DNA of 64,000 bases from Acidimicrobiia bacterium (GCA_043720595.1 JAYSSK010000057.1:65381-129380); one strand, 5' to 3'; counted from the stretch's first letter, positions 36,492-44,317 are shown. Notes: generated by a model from the letters alone, not told the origin. Numbers and translations: made by a program.

Positions 36492-38311
36492 GAGGTCGCT
36501 CCCGCGGCTACTTCTCGGTCACAAACCCGGGTAACCGTTTCGTCGATGCTGACCATCACCTGCGCTCGATGTTGGGTGCTGTGCAGGGCATGGTCCAGGC
36601 CATCGATGATCATCAGCTCGACACCGGCCCGCTGCAGTGCGGCGAGTTGGCGGGGGTCTTCGCGTTGGAGGAACCGGAGGCCGCGGTCGCCGGTACCGAA
36701 CACGAGAACCAACTTGGTGGGGCTGTCTACGAACGCCTCGATCCAATCGAACGCTGGGTGGCGACGCCCTGCCAAACGCTTGAGCGCCTTCGTTGTCCGG
36801 CGCAGACCAATGAAATGGTCAGCACGTGCAATCCAGTAGCGAACATGGTTCGTTGCTTCCTCAATCACACCGGGAGGGGTGCCGATGCGGAACAACTGCG
36901 GGTTAATCACGATTGCTGTGGCGATCTTCTCGTGTGGGCCTGCCTGCAACAGGCTGAACGAACTGGAGCACAGCCCAACTGCAACCACACGGTCGATCCC
37001 GGGCCTCATGGGTTGCTCAACCTCGGGTTCGACTCCGATCCCTCCGCTCACCGCTCGGCCGCGCCCGGGCTTGATGGGTTGCTCAACCTCGGGTTCGACT
37101 CCGATCCCTCCGCTCACCGCTCGGCCGCGCCCGGGCGAGATCAACAGGTCGACCGCCAACGCGATGTCCTCTGGTCCGCGGGTTCCATAAACATCGTTTC
37201 GCCTCTGTGAGGGCCACGTTCCGCTGTCTCCGGTCGATGCGTGTTCGACGCGTGCCACGGTGATGCCCGATGCTGCCCACTTGCGCGCTGCATCGACCCA
37301 GGCGCGCCCGGGTCCCCATGCTCGTTCCACGCCTGAATTGAGCAGGAGAACGCCGCACGACGAAACGTTTTCACCGCGGGCCTGATGAACGGTAGCGGCC
37401 AGTCTTGGGGCTCCGACGGACTCCGAACGTTCGTTGAGAACCGACGTGGTGCACAGACCTACTGCCGAGACACCTCCCGTAGCGGGGACAACCCGCGGCG
37501 AGTCATCTGCCAAGGATGCAGCGACGCGACGAACGTTGTCGACCAGAGCCGCTACGTCGTTCACTGGGGGAACCGCCAGTTCTGCTGATGCATCGAGCCA
37601 CGCACGGGTCTCGACAGATCGAACCGTTTCGATCTTCCACCCGAGTGAAGCGAAGGCGCTCAGGGCTTTGGTCGGTTCGGGGCGCTGTGCATCTTCGATG
37701 ACCAACAGCTGCCGGCCGCGGGCATCGACGGGTTGGAGGGAATGCGCCCCGAGCTCGTTGAGCAAGCCGCTTGGGTGCACGAAGCCGCCGAACGTAACTC
37801 CGTCACCATCGACATGGCCTGGAGCGCTCCCGGCGAGCAGCGTGAGCTCGCGTTTGAACTGCCGGCCTGAAGGTGTGGGCGACCACAGCACCAGCGATGC
37901 GACCTGCGCATCAATATCTGAGCGGTGCATTGCAGCGGAAGCGACAAGTGCACCGAGGCGCGCACCGACCAGGACAACGTTGCGCGTTCCGAGGGCACGG
38001 ATCGTGTCACCTAGTGCCGTGATCCATGAATCCACCCACGGACCTGGGTTTCCGTCGGTGCCGACCGGAATATCGCACGACGAGCCTGTGTTCGGGAGGT
38101 CGAACAGGATCGTCGGAAAGCCCTCTGCGACCAATCGATTTGCTACGACTACCCAGCCTTCGCGCGCGACGAGTTCCACGTACCCAAACCCGGGTACAAC
38201 TACAACGCCGAGGTCGGGGTGCGCAGTGCCTGCTTCAGGTTGCATCATGCGAGCGAAGATCGGCACGTCTCCGTTGATCCATCCGAACGACTCGTTCGGC
38301 CCCCCGCTCAT
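36488..38311 (-). CDS. fused double alpha/beta-hydrolase-fold protein (nucleophile elbows GARLG and GLCSS)
   Basis: There are two hydrolase-like halves: VVVPGFGY...VLVGARLGALVA...LVLWSP and GVLLLNSG...VVAVGLCSSS...LVLVFGTGD. ATG 38311 overlaps the GH2 stop (ATGA). The longer ORF-track start 38656 lies inside the upstream gene. Confidence 0.6.
   Translation of the reverse strand: MSGGPNESFGWINGDVPIFARMMQPEAGTAHPDLGVVVVPGFGYVELVAREGWVVVANRLVAEGFPTILFDLPNTGSSCDIPVGTDGNPGPWVDSWITALGDTIRALGTRNVVLVGARLGALVASAAMHRSDIDAQVASLVLWSPTPSGRQFKRELTLLAGSAPGHVDGDGVTFGGFVHPSGLLNELGAHSLQPVDARGRQLLVIEDAQRPEPTKALSAFASLGWKIETVRSVETRAWLDASAELAVPPVNDVAALVDNVRRVAASLADDSPRVVPATGGVSAVGLCTTSVLNERSESVGAPRLAATVHQARGENVSSCGVLLLNSGVERAWGPGRAWVDAARKWAASGITVARVEHASTGDSGTWPSQRRNDVYGTRGPEDIALAVDLLISPGRGRAVSGGIGVEPEVEQPIKPGRGRAVSGGIGVEPEVEQPMRPGIDRVVAVGLCSSSFSLLQAGPHEKIATAIVINPQLFRIGTPPGVIEEATNHVRYWIARADHFIGLRRTTKALKRLAGRRHPAFDWIEAFVDSPTKLVLVFGTGDRGLRFLQREDPRQLAALQRAGVELMIIDGLDHALHSTQHRAQVMVSIDETVTRVCDREVAAGATS
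36998..37136. repeat. 66-bp in-frame tandem duplication (63 nt identical in both copies)
   Basis: 37008-37070 equals 37074-37136. It encodes GRGRAVSGGIGVEPEVEQP(I/M)(K/R)P twice, just upstream of the second nucleophile elbow. Confidence 0.92.
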
Positions 38312-40929
38312 TGCGTTGATTCCGATGTTGATGGTGACGCTGGCAGTTGCAGCGTCAGCGAAGCGGAAGATGACAACGCTCGAACGACAACTCGCGAGGA
38401 CGGCTGTCGCTTTGATTGCAGTTCGATGACCCGTGTATCGCCCGGCGCGAGATGGAACCACGCGTCGCTGGCGCTCCAGCCTCGTGCCTCGATGCGCACA
38501 CCGAACGCTCCGGCGGGCGCACCAACCTCGACGTAGTGGACGGCAGCAGAATCGCCCGACAGCGCCGAGCCCGAGCACACCGAGGCCGTCAGAGCATCGC
38601 CGCGTCGCGCAGCGTGTGGCCGACCTTTGGGCCATAAGTGTGCATCCGATATCCAAGTTCCGCCCGCAGTGTGCAGCCGTGCCCTGATGGTTTCGATGGT
38701 TGCAGGTCCGAACGCGTAGACGCCCGTGAGATCGCGGAAGTCCTGGAACAGCGATGCGGCCGTTAGCGTTGTTGTGCTGTGCGCAGGCAGCGTGATTGGC
38801 CGACTGGCGCCCAGCACGCGACCAGTCTCAGCCCAGGCGCCGAGGTCTAGCTCGACATTCAGATCCACCGATCGATCGTTGACCAGATGCACGTCGACAC
38901 CGTTCAGCCCTTCATCGGTCAGCCCGACGACGACCGGTTGAGCCCGCCTCGCAAACCCGTACCAAGCGGCCTTTCGTATTCCCGACGCTTCTGTCAGTCC
39001 CCAGCCGGCGCCATCCCACAGGTCTCGCGCTGTCCATACGATGGCACCGCTGCAATTTGATCGGCCTGTCCGCCATTCGGTCAGTGTGGCGTCGATCGCT
39101 TCGGCCGACGTGACTCGGCCCAAATCCAACGCAGCCGCCGGATCGACCCATCGCAACTCGGTCGCAGATACGTTGAAGAGCTGTTGCGTCATCGCATCGC
39201 GGACGTCATCGAAGTCCCAACCTGTACCGCGGTCGCGTGGCACGCGTTGCTTCCATCGGGGATGATGGACCACAGGTCCTTCGTCGCCCATGAGGACATC
39301 GACGGTGTCTGCTGTGGGTACGTTGGCAAACGCGAGGCACTCGGTGGCGAAGCCCACCTCCGAAATGCGCGCATCGAGCATCGGCCGTCTGTATGCACTC
39401 ACCCCGAAGTAGTGCGAGATGCCGCTGCGATGGTGATGCGGCACCTGCTCAGTGCGTGGTGCTGAGGTCGGCGACGAGGTTACGAAAGCAATGTTCGGCG
39501 CTGCTTCACTGCAGAGCTCTGCAAGAAGCGTGCGTCCCAACGTATCGTTCACGGTTTCGGGCGTTGCCCCAGCCATAGCACTCTGTTGCTCGACCTCGCT
39601 GCCGCCGCAGAGAACGGCCACACACGCGTGAACCGAAGCCCTTTTGGCGAGAATCGTCACCTCGGCCTGAATCAGGTCGCGAAGGCCCGGTGCCTCTAAA
39701 GGTACGTCGAGGTTGGCGAACAACAAGTCATGCCACACGAGGATGCCCAGTTCGTCGCATGCATCGAGCAGTTCGACGGGAGGAATGACGGTGGTCCCGG
39801 CGACCCGGATGATGTTCATGCCGCCAGCGACGCAGTTGCGGAGTGCAGAGAACATTGCTTCTCCGGTAACGAACGGATCGGCCGCGCTGAGCGGAATCCA
39901 ATTCACGCCTCTGGCAAAGATGCGGGTCCCATTGATGACGAGCCGGGCGCCTGGCCCTTGGTGGTCAGCATCACCTGTGTGGCTCATTCCAAGAAGTGCG
40001 ATGTCCCGGAACGCTAGACGGGCGAATTGGTGATCGCCCGTTGGCGTTGCAAGGACGACCCGCGAGGTTGCGGGTGTTCCGTGTGTATGGGGCCACCACG
40101 TGCGAACCGACCCGGCCGGGATGTTGGCCACCGCACGGATGGACGTTAGGTCGTCGTCGCTGCGAGCAGCGCCGACTTCAACCGTTGCGTCGATGCTGTG
40201 ACGCAGCGCATCAGTTGCGCTTACACCACCAGAAATATGCACACGTAGGGTATCGGCGAGAGAGTCGGAAGGAGCTTCGTCAGCTAGGTCGACCAGTGCG
40301 CAGATTTCGATGTCGATGCTGCCGTCTGAGTTCGGCGTGATTGTGCGCGATGTTTCGATAGGCCGACGTTGGGCTGCAAGGCGCATCGGGCCGTGCGAAC
40401 CAATAATGGGAAGGGGCGGATTCCAACCGGGCATTCTGCCCAACAACGGTGTGCGAACCAGCCGTAGGCGCTGATCCTTCACCAGCCGAGTGCGCCATCT
40501 CGCCCGATGCGTGCGGTCAACTGCGCGCAATGAATCGAGGTGCGCGTGCAGCGACGGGAACCGCATCCAGATGGTGGAAGTTCCAACCGGGATACGCAGG
40601 GTCACCGGTACGTTGGCAGTCTCGGAAGTAAAGATCGGCGCATCGTCGGCGAAGACCTGCGTGCCGACTGACAGCCCGTCGGTCTGCATCCATTGGGCAC
40701 TGTCGCTCTGGTCCAGCAGGGCCGACCGAAACCACCAATCGAGCGCATCGAGGTCGCAGCGCGGCTGAGACGGATCGAACCAGCCGGCCTCAGTGACGCA
40801 CTTGCCAACGGTAGTGAACTCCGGTGCATCCAGCCACTCGGCTTGGTGACTCTGAACAGCAGACGTGGGGTCCGACACGGCGCTTGGCGCGAATGGCGCC
40901 AGTCGACCGGACAACGTCGAGTGGGTCAC
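38308..40929 (-). CDS. glycoside hydrolase family 2 protein (beta-mannosidase-like), no signal peptide
   Basis: INGTRIFARGVNWIP, NIIRV.G, ILVWHDLLFAN, LCGGSEVEQ (acid/base region) and FATECLAFANVP (nucleophile region). GTG 40929 overlaps the upstream TGA (GTGA). Confidence 0.75.
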   Translation of the reverse strand: MTHSTLSGRLAPFAPSAVSDPTSAVQSHQAEWLDAPEFTTVGKCVTEAGWFDPSQPRCDLDALDWWFRSALLDQSDSAQWMQTDGLSVGTQVFADDAPIFTSETANVPVTLRIPVGTSTIWMRFPSLHAHLDSLRAVDRTHRARWRTRLVKDQRLRLVRTPLLGRMPGWNPPLPIIGSHGPMRLAAQRRPIETSRTITPNSDGSIDIEICALVDLADEAPSDSLADTLRVHISGGVSATDALRHSIDATVEVGAARSDDDLTSIRAVANIPAGSVRTWWPHTHGTPATSRVVLATPTGDHQFARLAFRDIALLGMSHTGDADHQGPGARLVINGTRIFARGVNWIPLSAADPFVTGEAMFSALRNCVAGGMNIIRVAGTTVIPPVELLDACDELGILVWHDLLFANLDVPLEAPGLRDLIQAEVTILAKRASVHACVAVLCGGSEVEQQSAMAGATPETVNDTLGRTLLAELCSEAAPNIAFVTSSPTSAPRTEQVPHHHRSGISHYFGVSAYRRPMLDARISEVGFATECLAFANVPTADTVDVLMGDEGPVVHHPRWKQRVPRDRGTGWDFDDVRDAMTQQLFNVSATELRWVDPAAALDLGRVTSAEAIDATLTEWRTGRSNCSGAIVWTARDLWDGAGWGLTEASGIRKAAWYGFARRAQPVVVGLTDEGLNGVDVHLVNDRSVDLNVELDLGAWAETGRVLGASRPITLPAHSTTTLTAASLFQDFRDLTGVYAFGPATIETIRARLHTAGGTWISDAHLWPKGRPHAARRGDALTASVCSGSALSGDSAAVHYVEVGAPAGAFGVRIEARGWSASDAWFHLAPGDTRVIELQSKRQPSSRVVVRALSSSASLTLQLPASPSTSESTQ

Positions 40930-41903
40930 GGTCGTCCCCCGGACCCCAAGAGCCGGGTTTCCGCTGCATCCATGGCAGTCAACCACGGGCCGACGGCATC
41001 GTCGACTGCTTGGCCGATATCGATGGTGCGGCCGGCGGCGAGACGCGCCAACTTGAACTGGAGGCCCTTGCAGGACTGCGCCGCAGACCGGAACAACGCG
41101 TCCAGGTCAGGCTCGTCAATGGTGGCCATCACATCGGCTCCGAGCTCGCAGGCGGCCCCGAGTTGGCGCACTGTTGCAAACGCGTACGCGTGAAACGACC
41201 GCATATCAGCCAAGAGTTGCGGCGACTCCGTCACCAGTTGAGCGCGGAACCGTGATGCGCTGTCCGCAGCGGGTCGGCGTCGTTGTAGATGGGCGATGGT
41301 GAGTCGGCGAGCTGCGTCGGCTGCCTGCTGGGCCGGCAGTCGCATAACCCGGTCGGCTTTAACGATTTCGACATAAGGCGGTAGGACGTCGCCCGTGAAC
41401 CTCTCGGGCTGGTCTATTCGCAACAGCGGGTCGTAGTCATGTGTCGGAAGCACAAAGTGTCCCTGACCGTGGAAGTACTCAAGCGTTTTTGTCACAGGGT
41501 CGATGCCGGTGACGGCGATGGAACTCTTGACGTGTTCTTTCTGGTAGGCGGTGCCGGCGGTGTCGGCCAGGTAGAACGAATCGACTTCGATGATCACGGA
41601 CCGGCCGGCGGTGAGCTGGTCGACCAGGTGCCGTTCGGTGGGGCGCCACAATGCGAGTTCGCAGACATCGAGGCCGTACGCGTCACGCAGATCTTCCAAC
41701 GAGTATTTGAGAAACGTCCACTGGTCGTCCTCGAACTCGATCTCGAACACAGACCCGAGTGCTAGCGCAGGGTCGAGGCCGAACCCGTTGAGCAACTCAA
41801 TCCATAGGTCGACATAGCAACTCGTCTCAAGCCAAATGCGCGTCTCGCCATGCAACGCATGCCGCTGCTGGCGGAGTGGGTCGAGAATTCGAATCTGGGA
41901 CAT
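40926..41903 (-). CDS. DUF1839-like protein (candidate Cys-dependent transacylase)
   Basis: HALHGETRIWLETSCYVDLWIELLNGFGLDP...EFEDDQWTFLKYSLEDLRDAYGLDV...EVDSFYLADTAGTAY..HVKSSI...YFHGQG matches my memory of the DUF1839 family pattern. Confidence 0.65.
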   Translation of the reverse strand: MSQIRILDPLRQQRHALHGETRIWLETSCYVDLWIELLNGFGLDPALALGSVFEIEFEDDQWTFLKYSLEDLRDAYGLDVCELALWRPTERHLVDQLTAGRSVIIEVDSFYLADTAGTAYQKEHVKSSIAVTGIDPVTKTLEYFHGQGHFVLPTHDYDPLLRIDQPERFTGDVLPPYVEIVKADRVMRLPAQQAADAARRLTIAHLQRRRPAADSASRFRAQLVTESPQLLADMRSFHAYAFATVRQLGAACELGADVMATIDEPDLDALFRSAAQSCKGLQFKLARLAAGRTIDIGQAVDDAVGPWLTAMDAAETRLLGSGGRP

Positions 41904-41932
41904 GACGCGTTTGGCGGCGTGGACGGACCGAG

Positions 41933-42904
41933 TTAGAGACGAAGCAGGTTGCGAGTGGCCTGTGGCCAGGTGGCTGGGTCAAGCCCGTGCTTTGCGAGCA
42001 AGGCCAATGCGACTCGTTCCAGGCCAAACCCTACGCACGCAGTGTTGGCGGGGCCGTCCGCATCGGTGAGGCCGATCGAGAACGGTGTCCCGAAATGGTC
42101 GTGATGTCGATTGATGGAAGCAACGGCGGTGCGGTGCTCGCTGGAGGCAATAGGCACAACCACTTCGTGCTTCAGTTCCTGGCCGCGCTGCTGGGCCTTC
42201 ATCAGGCGGCCTGGCCGTCCGAAGAAAGGGTCGTTAGCCACGACAAGCTCGGCGTCGAGACCCAATTCGCAGAGAAGTGCCACGGCGCGCTCGTGCCAGG
42301 TTGTCGCGTAGGCGTCAACGACCGAGGAGTGCCCGATCATCACGTGTTCGTGTTGCCGAAAGCAGCGCAGCCGCGCCGGATCTGGCGACGGTTCGTGCCG
42401 GTAGCAGTGGCCGATGGTGTGAAACCCACGACCAGACGACGGAACCGACGTGCCCTCGAGCGCGAGGTAGATCGGATAGCACGATGCCGGGAGCAGCGTT
42501 GCGTCTGACATCGAGAACCGATCGCCGTAGTCATGGCCAGCTTCGGCCGCTTCAAGGATCGCCGCCTGGTCACCTTCGGAGCCGGAGAACGCGTGCAACG
42601 AACCAAGCATGTCTGGGAATGAACGTAGGTAGCCAACCCGGTGCACCAATGCCCGCGGGATGACAGGGGGAAAGAACCACGTGGTTTCGTTGAAGTCCGC
42701 AGCGAGGTGGTTGACGGCATCCCCAATAGCTTGCACAACGCCTTCGAAGACGATGTTGCGTCCCATCAGGCCGTCGGCACCAAGCGGAATGAGGAGGCCA
42801 GCATCAACCATACGGTCGCGGAGGTTGATCTGGGCGACGCGCAGGTCTGTGGTGGCTTCGGTTGTCACGTCAGTCATCCTTGGAGACGAGGAGCCAGGCA
42901 GCAT
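41933..42904 (-). CDS. amino acid--[carrier protein] ligase (class II aaRS/SerRS-core homologue without tRNA-binding domain)
   Basis: Motif 2-like GFHTIGHCYRHEPS and motif 3-like CVGFGLERVALALL. Cys/Glu/Cys candidates are present (PASCYP, YRHE, NTACVG). About 320 aa. The alternative ATG 42877 gives an 8-nt overlap (ATGACTGA) with the upstream stop. Confidence 0.8.
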   Translation of the reverse strand: MLPGSSSPRMTDVTTEATTDLRVAQINLRDRMVDAGLLIPLGADGLMGRNIVFEGVVQAIGDAVNHLAADFNETTWFFPPVIPRALVHRVGYLRSFPDMLGSLHAFSGSEGDQAAILEAAEAGHDYGDRFSMSDATLLPASCYPIYLALEGTSVPSSGRGFHTIGHCYRHEPSPDPARLRCFRQHEHVMIGHSSVVDAYATTWHERAVALLCELGLDAELVVANDPFFGRPGRLMKAQQRGQELKHEVVVPIASSEHRTAVASINRHHDHFGTPFSIGLTDADGPANTACVGFGLERVALALLAKHGLDPATWPQATRNLLRL

Positions 42905-44045
42905 TGGCCCCGGTGAGACGGTGATTGTTGATCATGACTCTGGCCCCGTGAGCGTCGCGCAGCAAGCGCCCGAGCGAAAACGGTCCTGACGCCTGATACG
43001 CAGGCATGCCGCATGCCTCGATTGCGTCGGTGACGATTTCGACGACGGCTTTCGACCCGGCGAGTTTCAGCCCGTTCATGCGAATGGAGAACGGGAGGCT
43101 GTCGACGACCAGCCCGGGTGCGTCGGGGTTTGCCTGCCACACCTCGATGGCCTGCTGGTAATCCGTTGCTGCGTGGTAGACGAGCGAGCGAAGTTCTTGC
43201 AGCCGGTTCACCAGGTCGACGACTGCCGGAGCAGCCGCTGGCACCGCGCCCGGCGTGGATCTTGCCTGCTTGCGCAGCAGCACTCGTGCCCTGCTGACAG
43301 CCTCGGTCGCCATCCCAACCCATAAGTGGCCCCACAGGACGTGCGAGACGGGGAGCATCGTGCGGCGGGAGATATCGGCGAACGGGTCAGGGAAGATTGC
43401 CCCGATTGGCCCTTCTGACTGGATGAGGTACCCGCCAGATTCGGTGCCGCGGAACCCGATCGTGTCCCACACCTGACGACGTTCCAGACGGTAAGAATCT
43501 GCGGTGATGCAAGCCAAAACCTGATCGGTGGGCGGTGCGTCTGGCCCGCTGCGCGCGGTGATCAGGATCGCGTCGGCGAGACGGGCGTAGCTGATGATCG
43601 ACGCTTCCTTTTCGAGGGAAAAGGTGTCGCCATGCGGTTCGATGGAACACGCGCTGGTGCGAACAGCACCACTGACAACTTTTTCCGTCGTTGCAGACGC
43701 CAGTAGTAGCTGCTCGGTTGCGGTTCGTCGAAGGAGCGACTCGATTTCAGGTGTGCGCCGATGCCACAGTAGGCACCCAACCTGGATCTGATGCATGGCA
43801 AAGACCATCGAAGCCGATGCGCAGGACCGCGCAAGTTCTTCAACGACTCGGCAGGTTTCGGAAAGGGTCAGCCCCAGGCCACCCAGCGATTCCGGTATAA
43901 GCGCGCCGAGCAACCGGCCCTCGCGAAGCGCCTCAATGGTTTCGTGCGGCAGCCTCGCTTCGTGGTCAACCGCCTCGGCATGTTGAGCGGCGATCGCACG
44001 GCATGCAGCGATGGCCTCGGCAATCGGACCTGCAGGTTGCGGCAT
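42870..44045 (-). CDS. acyl-CoA dehydrogenase-fold flavoprotein
   Basis: N-terminal LPHETIEALREGRLLGALIPESLGGLG, a middle beta domain and a C-terminal ..LGRLLRDAHG.. helix bundle. Confidence 0.88.
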   Translation of the reverse strand: MPQPAGPIAEAIAACRAIAAQHAEAVDHEARLPHETIEALREGRLLGALIPESLGGLGLTLSETCRVVEELARSCASASMVFAMHQIQVGCLLWHRRTPEIESLLRRTATEQLLLASATTEKVVSGAVRTSACSIEPHGDTFSLEKEASIISYARLADAILITARSGPDAPPTDQVLACITADSYRLERRQVWDTIGFRGTESGGYLIQSEGPIGAIFPDPFADISRRTMLPVSHVLWGHLWVGMATEAVSRARVLLRKQARSTPGAVPAAAPAVVDLVNRLQELRSLVYHAATDYQQAIEVWQANPDAPGLVVDSLPFSIRMNGLKLAGSKAVVEIVTDAIEACGMPAYQASGPFSLGRLLRDAHGARVMINNHRLTGANAAWLLVSKDD

Positions 44046-44059
44046 GATGAGCGCAGCAG

Positions 44060-44317
44060 TTAGGGCTGCAGCACCGCGACAGCGTCCGCGATGGCTGCGA
44101 CAGACTCGAAAGTGGAGCGAACCAGGAGACGTTCAGGAAGCTCGATCTCGAATGCATCTTCGATGGCCAGCATCAGCTGCACAGTGGCCAACGAGGACAG
44201 GCCGTGTGCGTACAGGTCGTCGGTATCTGACAGCTTGGAGATATCGGTGCTGAGGTTTCCGTGCTCGGAAACCAGATCGCGAATGGTGGTGATTGGTGTA
44301 GTCATGGGCTCGTTCAT
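44060..44317 (-). CDS. acyl/aminoacyl carrier protein
   Basis: 85 aa. The phosphopantetheine site context is DLYAHGLSSLATVQLMLAIEDAFEIELP. An alternative ATG is at 44305. Confidence 0.85.
   Translation of the reverse strand: MNEPMTTPITTIRDLVSEHGNLSTDISKLSDTDDLYAHGLSSLATVQLMLAIEDAFEIELPERLLVRSTFESVAAIADAVAVLQP

Noticed and set aside
38312-38656. 115-codon N-terminal extension of the double-hydrolase ORF
   Set aside because: It overlaps the 3' end of the GH2 gene. The Arg/Cys-rich sequence is non-protein-like. ATG 38311 forms an ATGA junction with the GH2 stop.
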